Shown here: positions 1 to 9,372 of the stretch, piece after piece
How positions within the stretch are numbered: position 1 is the first letter of the stretch
How the letters are laid out: each line of letters opens with the position of its first letter
Source of the DNA: a virus
Lineage: Duplodnaviria; Caudoviricetes
DNA: 30,212 bases
Strand: one strand, 5' to 3'
Virus record (IMG/VR): IMGVR_UViG_3300020120_000075
Coordinates: 1 to 30,212 of that record
Translations under genes and position numbers: made by a program
The notes under the pieces: model-generated
Database searches by the model: none
Told to the model about the DNA's origin: nothing
The model's input: the letters and a program-made list of their open reading frames with translations, nothing else

Positions 1-2
1 CT

Positions 3-2030
3 GACACGAGCCAGCGCGACAAGCTCGTCGCCACGCTTGGCGCGCAGCACGGCGGTCTCGTTGGCACGCCCAGCACGCCCACCGTCAAGAATCCCAAGGA
101 CCCCAGCGGCGGCGAGATCCCCGGTCCGTATGACCTGTACAGCTTCGCGGACGGCAGCACGCTCGAGATCGCGCCCACCGGCGAGGTTTCCAAGTACACG
201 CCCAAGGCGACGACGGGCACCGTCGCCGGCTGGACGGATATCACCCAGGTCCGCAACCCCGACCAGACGATCACCTACTACGGCAAGGACCCCAAGGATC
301 CCGGCGGGCCACTGAAGCCGGTCGAGGGCCTGCCGACGAGTGCCGCGCCGACGTCGACCGCTCAGACGGCCACGCCCAGCGCCGAGCTCGACAAGCTCGA
401 CGCGCGCGGCAACGTCATTCCGCCCGGCGATACGACCACCAAGCCGGTGTTCACCCGCGACCCGAAGACGGGCACGACCACCCAGCTGAAGGACCAGCCG
501 ACGGCGACCAGCCAGTTGGACCGGATCGACGCCCAGGGCAAGGTGATTCCGCCGGGTGACACGACGACCAAGCCCGTCAGCCTGCGCGATCCGGTCACGG
601 GCACCGTCATCGACGTGCCCAAAGATGCCGCCGGTTCGGTCACCGCCGTCGGCGACACGATGTACGTCATCAAGCCGGATGGGTCGTCCACTCCGGTGGT
701 CGGGCCGGACGGCAAGCCACTGACGAAGCCGAAGGACGCCAGCCAGTTCAACGTGCCCGGCGTCGGCCTGGTCAATTACGACCCGTCGAGCGGCAAGGCC
801 AACGTCCTGATCGCGGCGCCGACGGGCGTGCAGGCCAAGGATCTGAAGCCTGAGGTCCGCGGCGGCAAGACCTACATCCCGGTCGACAACGGCACTGGCG
901 GCATCAGCTGGCAGGAGTCCGACCTCCCGACGGACACCCAGTACACCATCGCCCAGAACGATCCGCGCTCGCCGAACGTCCTGCTCATCGACCAGCAGGG
1001 CAATTCGAAGTTTGTCTCGAAGGGCCCGGACTGGAAGCCGCCGCCCAGTCCCGCGGCCGGGCAGGCCCTCACCCCGGACACGACCGCGCCGTTTGTGGTG
1101 ACCATCGGCGACAACGGCCAGCCGCAATTCACCAAAAACACCAACCAGCTGAGCATCAGCGACGCGCAGAAGCAGCTCATCCAGCAGCTCGGCCTGAAGG
1201 TCGCCAGCGGCGACATGTCCGAGAAGGCGGCGCAGGACCTGATCTCGAGCGCCACCAGCACGCTGACCGCCCAGGCCGCGCAGCAGAACGCGCAGGCCAA
1301 CATGCTGCAAGCGCAGACGCAGCAGCAGAACCTCGGCGTGACCGCGGCCGGCGACGTCCTGTCGAACGTCCAGAACGCGGCGCAGACCGGCGCGGGCATG
1401 CTCCAGAACCGCGTCACGGCGGCGACCGGCGCGCTCAACAACGTGCTGAACGTTGCGGGCCAGGCCAAGAACCTGATGAACGTGCCGGCTGGCCTCGGCC
1501 AGCAGCTGGTGGGCGGCCTCCAGGACTGGGCAACGCAGCTGGGCGGCGGCGCGGACGTCTACAACTCGGCGGCCAACCTGGTCCGGCGCGCCGATCCCAC
1601 CAACCAGCTCGGCGGCGACGCGGCCGGCGCGTACGCCGCGCTCGGCCAGATGCTGCAGAAGTACCGCGACCTGACCGGCCAGCCGCACCCGGCCGAGGCA
1701 CTCGCCAACCAGCCGCAGGCCAACACCGGCTTCAACGCGCCCGGACCTCAGGCAAACCTCTTCAATCCGCAGGCGTCGACCGCGGCCATGAATGCGGCCG
1801 GCTTTCAGGACACGCCCCAGGGCAGGCTTGCGGCGCAGCAGAGTAACCCCGGCTTGCTACAGACGCCCCAACCTGGCGCGCAGCAGCAGTCGTTTGCGCC
1901 ACCGCCCGGTGGCTATGCGCAGAGCCAGCCTAGCACGTACGGGCCGCTCACCGGCAACATGCCGTTTATGGCGCCAATGACCACGCCGACCTCGCCCTCG
2001 GCGCCCAAAGTGACCGTGAGCGTCGGCTGA
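3..2030 (+). CDS. Large virion internal/ejection-type protein, 5' truncated by window edge
   Basis: The frame of ORF 447..2030 is open back to position 3 (DTSQRDKLVATLG...). It has a T/P/G/D-rich N-terminal half with a 43-aa internal repeat and a Q/A-rich helical C-terminal half. Its stop overlaps the next ATG (TGATG). Function is inferred from composition and context. Confidence 0.6.
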   Translation, partial: DTSQRDKLVATLGAQHGGLVGTPSTPTVKNPKDPSGGEIPGPYDLYSFADGSTLEIAPTGEVSKYTPKATTGTVAGWTDITQVRNPDQTITYYGKDPKDPGGPLKPVEGLPTSAAPTSTAQTATPSAELDKLDARGNVIPPGDTTTKPVFTRDPKTGTTTQLKDQPTATSQLDRIDAQGKVIPPGDTTTKPVSLRDPVTGTVIDVPKDAAGSVTAVGDTMYVIKPDGSSTPVVGPDGKPLTKPKDASQFNVPGVGLVNYDPSSGKANVLIAAPTGVQAKDLKPEVRGGKTYIPVDNGTGGISWQESDLPTDTQYTIAQNDPRSPNVLLIDQQGNSKFVSKGPDWKPPPSPAAGQALTPDTTAPFVVTIGDNGQPQFTKNTNQLSISDAQKQLIQQLGLKVASGDMSEKAAQDLISSATSTLTAQAAQQNAQANMLQAQTQQQNLGVTAAGDVLSNVQNAAQTGAGMLQNRVTAATGALNNVLNVAGQAKNLMNVPAGLGQQLVGGLQDWATQLGGGADVYNSAANLVRRADPTNQLGGDAAGAYAALGQMLQKYRDLTGQPHPAEALANQPQANTGFNAPGPQANLFNPQASTAAMNAAGFQDTPQGRLAAQQSNPGLLQTPQPGAQQQSFAPPPGGYAQSQPSTYGPLTGNMPFMAPMTTPTSPSAPKVTVSVG
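384..606 (+). repeat. Two-copy 43-aa (129-nt period) internal protein repeat
   Basis: ELDKLDARGNVIPPGDTTTKPVFTRDPKTGT starts at 384 and QLDRIDAQGKVIPPGDTTTKPVSLRDPVTGT starts at 513. Confidence 0.85.
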
Positions 2031-3274
2031 TGGCTGGAGCCACAACGCAGGCGGAGCGCCAGGCGCAGGTCCTGGCGGCTGGCTACAACGGGCCCCTCAC
2101 CGACGCGGCGATCAATCAGGCGTACGCCAACGCGGCGACCCCGGCCGACCTGGCCTCGAGCGGGCTGACAGGATTCAGCTCGCAAGGCGGCACGCCGGCC
2201 GGCCCGAGCGCGCCCCAGGCGACAGTGCAGTCCGCGAACTCGCTGGGCGCCGGCGTCAACAGTCTGCTCGGAGCCATTGCTTCGGGGAACAAGCAGGCGT
2301 TCGACGAAGCGGTGCGCCAGTTCAACCAGACGTTTGGTCTGGACCAGCAGAAGTTCCAGGAAAGCGTTCGTCAGTACAACGAAGGGCTGGGCGTGACCCA
2401 GGCTGGACTGACCGGCCAGTACCAGGGCCAGCAGACCATGCAAGGCCAGCAGCAGGGTTTCAATCAGGCGCAGGCCATCGCTGGCATGACTGGCTACTGG
2501 AACCCGAACGCACCAGGTACCTGGGGCGGAGGTGCGGGCGGAGGTGGTGGAACAGCTGGGCTTGCGCCAGGCAACCTGTCGTGGAACCAGGTCTCGCAGG
2601 CGCTCCAGTCGGCCGCCGGCCCGGCCTACAACGATGCCGCGGCGAAGGCTCAGTTTCAGCAACTCGTGGGTGCGAATCCAGCCGCATTCAACGGCGGTGC
2701 GGCGGTGCCGCTCAATGCGGGCCAGCTCGCCCAGATCGCCGCAGCCGGTGGTGTGCCCGCTGCGGCGGCAGGTGGAGCTGCAGCAGCAGGTGGCGGCGTA
2801 CCGACGATGGCGCTTCAGCAGCAGCAGTACTCGCAGCAACTGGGTGCCATCAATGCGGCGGCGGCGCTGCAAGCGAATCCTTTCCGTCAGCAGCAGGTCC
2901 TCGGCCAACTGGGACCGTTGCTGACGGGAGTTGGCGGCGTGGCCGGCTTCAGCGCGCCGAATACCGTCGCCGGCGTGGGTACCCAGGGCGGCACCGGCCT
3001 CAACACGGGACTGGCGTACATGCAGCAGATCATCGATGACATCAAAAACCCTGGCGCCAATCAGACCAGCATGCAGGGCGTGCTGAATGCCATCCCCACG
3101 CCGAACCAGATCAACAGCCAGGACTTTTTGCGATCGTCACCGTCAACTCAGAACATGGTCCTGCAAGGCATGCAGGAGAAGTACAGCCTAGACCCGGCCG
3201 ATTCCCTGGCGCAGATAAAAAACACCTTGCCGGCGTTTCAAGCCCCAACTACTTTTGGGCAGATTAAGGGTTGA
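2030..3274 (+). CDS. Q/A/G-rich putative DNA ejection (pilot-like) protein
   Basis: 414 aa with repeated (E)xVRQ(F/Y)N motifs and Gly/Ala tracts typical of podophage internal proteins; translationally coupled to the upstream gene. Confidence 0.55.
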   Translation: MAGATTQAERQAQVLAAGYNGPLTDAAINQAYANAATPADLASSGLTGFSSQGGTPAGPSAPQATVQSANSLGAGVNSLLGAIASGNKQAFDEAVRQFNQTFGLDQQKFQESVRQYNEGLGVTQAGLTGQYQGQQTMQGQQQGFNQAQAIAGMTGYWNPNAPGTWGGGAGGGGGTAGLAPGNLSWNQVSQALQSAAGPAYNDAAAKAQFQQLVGANPAAFNGGAAVPLNAGQLAQIAAAGGVPAAAAGGAAAAGGGVPTMALQQQQYSQQLGAINAAAALQANPFRQQQVLGQLGPLLTGVGGVAGFSAPNTVAGVGTQGGTGLNTGLAYMQQIIDDIKNPGANQTSMQGVLNAIPTPNQINSQDFLRSSPSTQNMVLQGMQEKYSLDPADSLAQIKNTLPAFQAPTTFGQIKG

Positions 3275-3276
3275 TA

Positions 3277-3426
3277 ATGCCAGCGACTTCGAAGGCTCAG
3301 TACCGCTTCATGCAGGGCGTGGCACACGGGAATATCAAGGGGCCGAAAGGGCTGAGTAAGTCCAAAGCCGCCGAGTTCGTCAAAGGCCAGTCGCCGAAGG
3401 GCTTGCCCAAGAAGGCCAAGAAGTGA
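3277..3426 (+). CDS. Small basic protein, 49 aa (not in ORF track)
   Basis: MPATSKAQYRFMQGVAHGNIKGPKGLSKSKAAEFVKGQSPKGLPKKAKK; starts 2 nt after the upstream stop; Lys-rich, resembling small basic phage head-region proteins. Confidence 0.7.
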   Translation: MPATSKAQYRFMQGVAHGNIKGPKGLSKSKAAEFVKGQSPKGLPKKAKK

Positions 3427-3548
3427 AGCCCCGGCGTTTCGGCCGACACTGGGCCTGGCCGCGGCGCTGGAGGCCACTGCTCGTGGCGATGGGTTGGCGG
3501 GGTTGCGCCAACTGGAGCCACAACCTGACCTGGCGGGGAGTGATATGA
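3423..3548 (+). CDS. Arg/Trp-rich 41-aa peptide (not in ORF track)
   Basis: MKPRRFGRHWAWPRRWRPLLVAMGWRGCANWSHNLTWRGVI; 4-nt overlaps at both ends (GTGA with the upstream stop, ATGA with the downstream start). Confidence 0.45.
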   Translation: MKPRRFGRHWAWPRRWRPLLVAMGWRGCANWSHNLTWRGVI

Positions 3549-4462
3549 GCATCAACCTGGAACGCTCCATCCACCCCGACCTGCTCGAGGAGACCCTCAA
3601 CGAGGCCGAGACCGAGGCCAGCCCGCCGCCTCGTCGCCGACGTCGATCGACGCCACCACCTGAGGCCTCTCCTCCCGGAGCTCCCCAGTCCCAGGACGGC
3701 GCCGAGGGCGACTCCGGTGCGGACGGGGCAACTCCCTCAGCCCCACCGGAGCCTGCCGCTCCTGAGTGGCTTGCCGCCGTCACCGAGGCCCAGGATCCGG
3801 TCCAGAAGCTGGCGCTGCTGCTCAAGAACATCCCGCGCGACGAGATGGAAAAGGACGACACCGTCCGCGGCTGGTTGGGCGACGCGGCGCAGCAGCGCGC
3901 GCGCAGGATGCTCGAGGACGCCGAGCGGCAGCGCCAGGAGCGCGAGCGCCAACAAGCTTTCGACCGCGGTGACCTGTACAGCCTGGGCCAGATGACCGCC
4001 CAGGAGCTCCAGCAGCAGCGCGCGGCCCTCGAGGCACAGGCCCAGACCGCACTCAACCCGTACCTGAACGCCATCACCGCGTTCCAGCAGACCCTGCCCG
4101 AAGCCGTCCAGCGCGACGTCCAGGGCCGCACCTTTGCCCCCAACGGCACGCCGCAAGAGGGCTTTCAGGCCTACCTCCAAGCCGTCCACGAGTCTGCGAT
4201 TCGCCACGGACTCGAGGAAGAGGTGAAGAAGCGCGAGCCAGCGCTCAGGAAAGCTGAGCTCAACACAACCGTCGGAGATGAGCAAACCCCGGAGCTAGAC
4301 GGTGGACCTGCGCAGGCGTACCGCGAGATCACGGACGCCCAGGTCGCTGCCATGACGCTCGAGGAGTACGACCGCTACTTCGACGACAAGGGCCGACCGA
4401 GACCGGGCGTGCGCGTCCGTCTCGAGCGCGGCATCGATGTGCGCCGCGAACAGCGGCGTTGA
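3545..4462 (+). CDS. Capsid scaffolding protein (putative)
   Basis: ATG 3545 follows GGGGAG. Acidic/Pro-rich N-terminus, coiled coils and a C-terminal 'VAAMTLEEYDRY' motif; immediately upstream of the major capsid gene. Confidence 0.7.
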   Translation: MSINLERSIHPDLLEETLNEAETEASPPPRRRRRSTPPPEASPPGAPQSQDGAEGDSGADGATPSAPPEPAAPEWLAAVTEAQDPVQKLALLLKNIPRDEMEKDDTVRGWLGDAAQQRARRMLEDAERQRQERERQQAFDRGDLYSLGQMTAQELQQQRAALEAQAQTALNPYLNAITAFQQTLPEAVQRDVQGRTFAPNGTPQEGFQAYLQAVHESAIRHGLEEEVKKREPALRKAELNTTVGDEQTPELDGGPAQAYREITDAQVAAMTLEEYDRYFDDKGRPRPGVRVRLERGIDVRREQRR

Positions 4463-4466
4463 TCTC

Positions 4467-4486
4467 CTCACCCTATGCAGGGTGAG
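4467..4486 (+). promoter_or_regulatory. Stem-loop between scaffold and capsid genes
   Basis: CTCACCCT-ATGC-AGGGTGAG, a perfect 8-bp stem with no U-tract. Confidence 0.45.
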
Positions 4487-4505
4487 ACGCCGAAGGGAAT
4501 AGCGG

Positions 4506-5357
4506 ATGGCCACTGGGGCAACGGAATTCGTTGATAAGACGATCGCCGACGGCGTGTTTTCGCCAGATATCTGGTCGAAACAGGTCCTGCGCGCGACGGA
4601 GAGCAACCTGGTTTTCGCCAAGTGCGTCAACCGCGGCTTCGAGGACGACGCGAGCGTTGGCAAGAGCGTCAAGGTCGCCAGCGTGGGCAACGTCGCGGCG
4701 CGCGCCAAGGCCGAGAACACCGCGATCGTGTACGAAACGGTCGCCGAAACCGCGACGACGATCACCCTGAACATCTGGTCGTACGCCGCGGTCGGCATCG
4801 AGGACATTGTCAAAGTCCAGTCGATCGTCGATGTGCAAAACGAGTACCAGATGAAGCTGGGCTACGCCATCGCGCGCGACATCGACGCCAAGCTCGCCTC
4901 TGACGTGGCTGGCTTCACCCAGACGGTGGGCACGCTTGGCACCGCGCTCGCCGACGTGGACGTGGTCCGCGCCAATCAGTACCTGGATGACGCCGACGCG
5001 CCGGCGGACGACCGCTTCCTGATCATGTCGCCCGCGGAGAAGGCGTCCAAGATCGTCCTGGATCGCTGGTCGAACGCTCTGTACATCGGCAACCCCAAGC
5101 CTGCGGTCAGTGGCAGCCTGGGCGACATGTACGGGCTGAACATCATGGTCACCACCAACCTGGTCAAGCCGGCGGGTGGCCAGGCCAACAACTTCGTGTT
5201 CCAGCGCGAGGCGCTTGCGCTCATCGTGCAACGCTCGCCCAAGCTCCACCTGTTCTACGACATCGACTTTTTCACATGGAAGCTCGCTTCGGAGGTCATC
5301 TACGGCCACCAGATGATGCGTCCGACTTTCGGCGTGTGGGCCAAGGGCGTCGGCTGA
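4506..5357 (+). CDS. Major capsid protein (HK97 fold, P22/T7-coat-like)
   Basis: 283 aa with 'FSPDIWSKQVL', 'GKSVKV', 'KLGYAIARDID', 'LDDADAPADDRFLIMSP' and 'G.MYGLNIMVTTNL' motifs typical of podophage coat proteins. Confidence 0.85.
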   Translation: MATGATEFVDKTIADGVFSPDIWSKQVLRATESNLVFAKCVNRGFEDDASVGKSVKVASVGNVAARAKAENTAIVYETVAETATTITLNIWSYAAVGIEDIVKVQSIVDVQNEYQMKLGYAIARDIDAKLASDVAGFTQTVGTLGTALADVDVVRANQYLDDADAPADDRFLIMSPAEKASKIVLDRWSNALYIGNPKPAVSGSLGDMYGLNIMVTTNLVKPAGGQANNFVFQREALALIVQRSPKLHLFYDIDFFTWKLASEVIYGHQMMRPTFGVWAKGVG

Positions 5358-5902
5358 TGTCGGACCTGCTCGAGCGCCTGGAGCAGCGCGCGGCGCCATC
5401 GGATGGCAAGCCGACGTACTCCGGGCTCACCTACAACTACCCGCTGGCGTGGTACCGCCGTCCAGACGGCGACATTGTCCAGCTCCAGTCAGACCCCAAC
5501 AACCGCACCATGTACGAGGACCTGGGGTTCGTCTTCCTGCGTCCAGGCGAAGTGCGCGAGTGGCTCGAGGATGTCCGCCCCGACGTCGTCGTCCAGCAGA
5601 AGCGCCGCGCGCGGGTGATCACTGAGATCCGCAAGCTGGCTGCCAAGATCCCCCAGCTCAGCCTGACCGACGACGAGCAGCTCGAATTCCCCAGTGTGCC
5701 GATCGAAGAGCTGGAGGAGCGGTTCAAAGAGATCTGCGACCAGTTCGGCGTGAAGCCGCGTCTGCCAGCGATCAAGCCGGATTCGCCGCGCTCTGAACCG
5801 AAGCTGGCCGGCGTGGACACCGGCAGCATGGACGAGCTCGAATCCAAGATCAAGCGCGGTCAGGGCTACGACCCGCTCCGCGAAGGGAGGAGGCACCCGT
5901 GA
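5357..5902 (+). CDS. Hypothetical virion-associated protein
   Basis: ATG 5357 overlaps the capsid stop (TGATG); 181 aa; shares a Y-x-RPDGD...LGF motif with the next gene. Confidence 0.65.
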   Translation: MSDLLERLEQRAAPSDGKPTYSGLTYNYPLAWYRRPDGDIVQLQSDPNNRTMYEDLGFVFLRPGEVREWLEDVRPDVVVQQKRRARVITEIRKLAAKIPQLSLTDDEQLEFPSVPIEELEERFKEICDQFGVKPRLPAIKPDSPRSEPKLAGVDTGSMDELESKIKRGQGYDPLREGRRHP

Positions 5903-6201
5903 GCATGTTTCTTTCGGCGGCGCAGGCCAGCCCGTACATTCCGCCACTCGCGACACCCCCAGGCAACCTGTTTTTCACCTACCAGCGACCCGACGGCGAC
6001 ACCTTCATTGCTTCGGCGGCGCAAGCGGAGCTCTTCCTGCGCCTGGGCTTCACCGTCAGCGGCGAGCAGACGGTGGATGACTCGGACTCGTTTCGAGCCT
6101 TAGTCAGCCCGGGCTCACTCGCGCCACCAGCCTCGGGCGTTGAATTCTCTGAAGCCACTGCAACACCAGGCGTCAAGGCCGCGGCGCCGCCGGCGCCCTG
6201 A
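5899..6201 (+). CDS. Hypothetical virion-associated protein
   Basis: GTG start after GGAGGAGG, overlapping the upstream stop; 100 aa. Confidence 0.65.
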   Translation: MSMFLSAAQASPYIPPLATPPGNLFFTYQRPDGDTFIASAAQAELFLRLGFTVSGEQTVDDSDSFRALVSPGSLAPPASGVEFSEATATPGVKAAAPPAP

Positions 6202-6626
6202 TGCCGGTCGTTCCGACCACCGGCAACGCCGGTGGGCTCTGGACGCACACGCCAGTGGACTGGCGCGGCAACGAGATCGGCCTTGGCCGACCTTCGAACT
6301 GGCCCAATGACGCGGTCAACGGAGCCCAGGGGCTGGGCACGCGACCACTCGAACAGATGCCGCCGCCTGGCCTGACCATTCTCAGCGCAACGCCCGGCTC
6401 CGGCGCGGTGACGATTACCTGGACGACCAGTGTGCTAGCTGACTCGTCGATCGATCTGGGGATCACCACCAGCTACGGCCAGCACTACAACGACCCGACG
6501 CTGGTGACCAGCCACTCGATAGCGGTCAGCGGTCTGGCGCATACCCAGCTCTACAACTACCGCGCCAGCTCGCAGGGCAGCGGCTACGCGATCGTCAGCG
6601 CCAACAGCACCTTTACGACCACATGA
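6201..6626 (+). CDS. Fibronectin type III / Ig-like domain protein (candidate decoration protein)
   Basis: 'VTITWTT...SSIDLG.T.SYG...LVTSHSIAVSGL.....YNYRASS...S..STFTT' matches the FN3 / purple-acid-phosphatase-N-terminal pattern. Confidence 0.7.
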   Translation: MPVVPTTGNAGGLWTHTPVDWRGNEIGLGRPSNWPNDAVNGAQGLGTRPLEQMPPPGLTILSATPGSGAVTITWTTSVLADSSIDLGITTSYGQHYNDPTLVTSHSIAVSGLAHTQLYNYRASSQGSGYAIVSANSTFTTT

Positions 6627-7021
6627 GCCACCGTCACGGCTGCACGTTCGGGCCAGGCCTCTACCGCATCGTTCTGGCTGACGGCTCGCGCCATTTCTGT
6701 CAGGACGAGCGCGAGGTGGTCCAGGCGTGCAGCCTGCTGCGCGAGGGGGCCATCAAGAAGGTGCAGCGTGACGGCTACTGCCTCGACCAGGAAGACCTCC
6801 AATCGCCCGACATCATCGAGGGCAAGCGGTTCCTGGGCATGCCGAAACGCGAGGCGATGGCCGAGCTGGGCGTGGCCAGCGACGCCGAGTACCAGCTCGC
6901 CTATCGTGCCATCGAAGAGGCGGTGCTGGCCAACGACCGCCGCGGCGGGCAGGCAAGTGTGGTCATCAAGAAGAAGGGCAAAGTCGTTCTGGACATCGAT
7001 GCCACTGACTCCGCAGCCTGA
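6623..7021 (+). CDS. Hypothetical protein
   Basis: 132 aa; ATGA overlap with the upstream gene; normal codon usage. Confidence 0.6.
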   Translation: MSHRHGCTFGPGLYRIVLADGSRHFCQDEREVVQACSLLREGAIKKVQRDGYCLDQEDLQSPDIIEGKRFLGMPKREAMAELGVASDAEYQLAYRAIEEAVLANDRRGGQASVVIKKKGKVVLDIDATDSAA

Positions 7022-7376
7022 GTTCACCGAGTACTCGTCGATCCAGGGTTTTCTCCACGGCTACCTGCAGACTGGCGGCGCCAGCGGGACGGTGCTGGAT
7101 ATGATGATCGCCGTCCGTCCGGCGGTCATTCGTGCCGTTGTCGCCGCGGCGCAGGGCGGCGGCGCCACCACCGTGCTGGACCTGCTCAACAACGGCGTGA
7201 GTGTGTGGTCGAATCCGGCCGACCGCCCGACACTCAGCGGCACCGGCTCCGGACGGTTCGCTGGCGGACGCATCAACCACAGCGCGGTGCGCCTGGGCGA
7301 CGTGCTCGAGCTCGTCGTTGCGCAGGGCGGCAACAAGGAGCAACTCACGGCCACGGTGGCGCTGGAGCAGCCATGA
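6999..7376 (+). CDS. Beta-rich structural protein (candidate decoration/spike)
   Basis: Likely start is ATG 6999 (MPLTPQPEF), giving 125 aa with alternating beta strands; lies in the structural operon. Confidence 0.55.
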   Translation: MPLTPQPEFTEYSSIQGFLHGYLQTGGASGTVLDMMIAVRPAVIRAVVAAAQGGGATTVLDLLNNGVSVWSNPADRPTLSGTGSGRFAGGRINHSAVRLGDVLELVVAQGGNKEQLTATVALEQP

Positions 7377-8335
7377 CCGAGACGCCTACCCTCAATCCGT
7401 ACCAGCCAACCACCGCACCACCACTGCAGCCGCTCAGCGGTGGGCCCACGCCGCCGCTGGTTCCACCAGGCGTGACGCCGCCTCCATCGCCGCCCTTCGT
7501 GCCTGACGTCCCGCCGGCGTGGATCGGTCCGCCAGGTCCTCCAGGACCGCCTGGCGCCGACTCTACCGTGCCAGGGCCGCAAGGACCCAAAGGCGACCAG
7601 GGTGATATTGGACCGCAGGGCAACGTCGGCAACACGGGCCCGCAGGGGCCACCGGGCGGTGCTCCGTCCTGGAAGGGCACCTGGTCGGCCAGCGTCGATT
7701 ATGCCAACAACGACGCGGTGAGCCTGAGTGGCTCCAGCTTCTACGCCGCGGGCGATCCACCGCTCGGCGTCTCGCCGCCTACTGCGCCGTGGCAGCAGAT
7801 CGCCGCCAAGGGGGACACCGGGCCGCAGGGACCGACCGGCGCGCAGGGGCCAACTGGCCCGACCGGACCTCAAGGACCTATCGGTAACACCGGCGCGCAA
7901 GGCATTCAGGGGCCGCAGGGCAACCCTGGAGCAACAGGGTCCACGGGTGCTCAGGGGCCTGCCGGCGCCGACTCGACCGTGCCTGGACCGACCGGTCCGC
8001 AGGGACCGACAGGACCGGGTGTGGCGACCGGCGGTGCCACTGGCCAGGTGCTGACCAAGACCAGTGCCACTGACTTCGCCACCAACTGGCAGACGCCGTT
8101 TTCCCAGGCGACCGCGGATGCGCGCTATCTGCAGCTCGGCGGCGGCACGCTGAGTGGTGTGCTGGTGGCCGGTACGTACACTGAGATCACCGAGATCTCG
8201 ACGCCGGCGGCCCCGGCGGCAGGCAAAATCCGCCTGTACGCCAAAGCCGACCACCATCTGTACCTCCTGGATTCGACCGGCGTCGAACGCAGACTCGACA
8301 TCACTACCCTCGAAGCGACCGTGTCGTATGCCTAG
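7373..8335 (+). CDS. Collagen-like fibre protein with carbohydrate-binding-like insert
   Basis: ATG 7373; Pro-rich N-terminus and two Gly-X-Y tracts separated by '[26 protein letters not shown]' (CBM5/12-like); '[20 protein letters not shown]' fibre motif. Confidence 0.75.
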   Translation: MTETPTLNPYQPTTAPPLQPLSGGPTPPLVPPGVTPPPSPPFVPDVPPAWIGPPGPPGPPGADSTVPGPQGPKGDQGDIGPQGNVGNTGPQGPPGGAPSWKGTWSASVDYANNDAVSLSGSSFYAAGDPPLGVSPPTAPWQQIAAKGDTGPQGPTGAQGPTGPTGPQGPIGNTGAQGIQGPQGNPGATGSTGAQGPAGADSTVPGPTGPQGPTGPGVATGGATGQVLTKTSATDFATNWQTPFSQATADARYLQLGGGTLSGVLVAGTYTEITEISTPAAPAAGKIRLYAKADHHLYLLDSTGVERRLDITTLEATVSYA

Positions 8336-9368
8336 TCTGGCCCAGTATCGCTCGACGTTCAGCGTCGAGGCCGGTCCATATATCGGTCCGGAGAGCTACG
8401 ACGTGCGCGCCACGTCCGGGTCGGACCTCACCCACCTGTACTGCGACGCGTACCCCATCAAGTCCGGCATCCCGCAGCAAGATCAACTCATTGACCGCCC
8501 GTTGTATCGTCCGCAGGCGGTTCAGCCCACCGACCAGAACCGCTACGTGCAGGCGTACACCCCATCGTCGGGGCTGATCACGCCAGACCTAGACTGGTCG
8601 ATTCCCCCGTTGGCCGACCCAGGTGCCGGCACGCCGTACCAGGGCCTGGAGGCCTTTACCTACGCCGAGCTCGAAACGCGCATTTACAACGACCTCGAAA
8701 ACACCGGACTGGCCGGCTTCGGCGAGCGCTTCGAAGTCCTCGGCGCCTTTGACGTGCCCACCACCCACCGCCTGATCAACGACGGGCTGAAACAGTGCTG
8801 GCTGGTGGTAGAAGTGGCGTGCATCCCGACCTACCTCAAGAGTCGTCACAACCTGTCGGTAGTGTGCCCCTGGCTGCAGGACCCGAGCGACGTGCTCCAG
8901 GTCGGCACCATCAAGGACTACCAGGACCGCGACCTGAGCGACCCGTTTGAGTCAGTCGTGCGCGGCATGGTCGAGCGCGACGGTGGCGATTTCTACCTGA
9001 ACACCGGCACCACCACGTTCGTGGACGGCGACATCCTCTGGCTGCGCGTGCTCAAGCGCGCCTACGACCACTGCCGCGCCTCGGGCGGCGTGTTCGGCGA
9101 GCAGAGCGGGCTCTACCTCGAGACCGACGAAGCGCCGTGTGAGCGAGACTGGGTGGCGTCCGCGGCGCTGGTGATCGCCTGGCGGCGCTTTGCGCACCTG
9201 CTCGAGCCGATGGCCAACCAACGCCTGGTGCGCGATCAGGCTGCAGCTGCCGCCTGGTTTACCGATCGCTGCCGCGAGCACTTCACCGCGCCGCTGCCGC
9301 AGCGCACCCTGCGCCGTCGACGCTACTTCGGCCCGCCGCGCCAGCTCGCCGGCCAGTACTGGGGTTGA
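8328..9368 (+). CDS. Putative head-tail adaptor / tail tubular protein A-like
   Basis: ATG 8328, 346 aa; '[13 protein letters not shown]' helix and position before a large beta-propeller gene. Function is inferred from synteny. Confidence 0.5.
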   Translation: MPSLAQYRSTFSVEAGPYIGPESYDVRATSGSDLTHLYCDAYPIKSGIPQQDQLIDRPLYRPQAVQPTDQNRYVQAYTPSSGLITPDLDWSIPPLADPGAGTPYQGLEAFTYAELETRIYNDLENTGLAGFGERFEVLGAFDVPTTHRLINDGLKQCWLVVEVACIPTYLKSRHNLSVVCPWLQDPSDVLQVGTIKDYQDRDLSDPFESVVRGMVERDGGDFYLNTGTTTFVDGDILWLRVLKRAYDHCRASGGVFGEQSGLYLETDEAPCERDWVASAALVIAWRRFAHLLEPMANQRLVRDQAAAAAWFTDRCREHFTAPLPQRTLRRRRYFGPPRQLAGQYWG

Positions 9369-9372
9369 TCGA

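Noticed and set aside
5262-5357. T7 gp10B-like -1 frameshift from the capsid into ORF 5276..5902 at GAC TTT TTC
   Set aside because: Not a full X XXY YYZ heptamer, and it would truncate the capsid fold. The downstream gene has its own coupled ATG at 5357.
6088-6102. Other in-frame TTT-CGA sites (here, 18154 and 27033) as frameshift signals
   Set aside because: The +1 frames at 6091 and 18154 stop quickly, and no missing domain needs explaining at any of them. The motif alone is not diagnostic.
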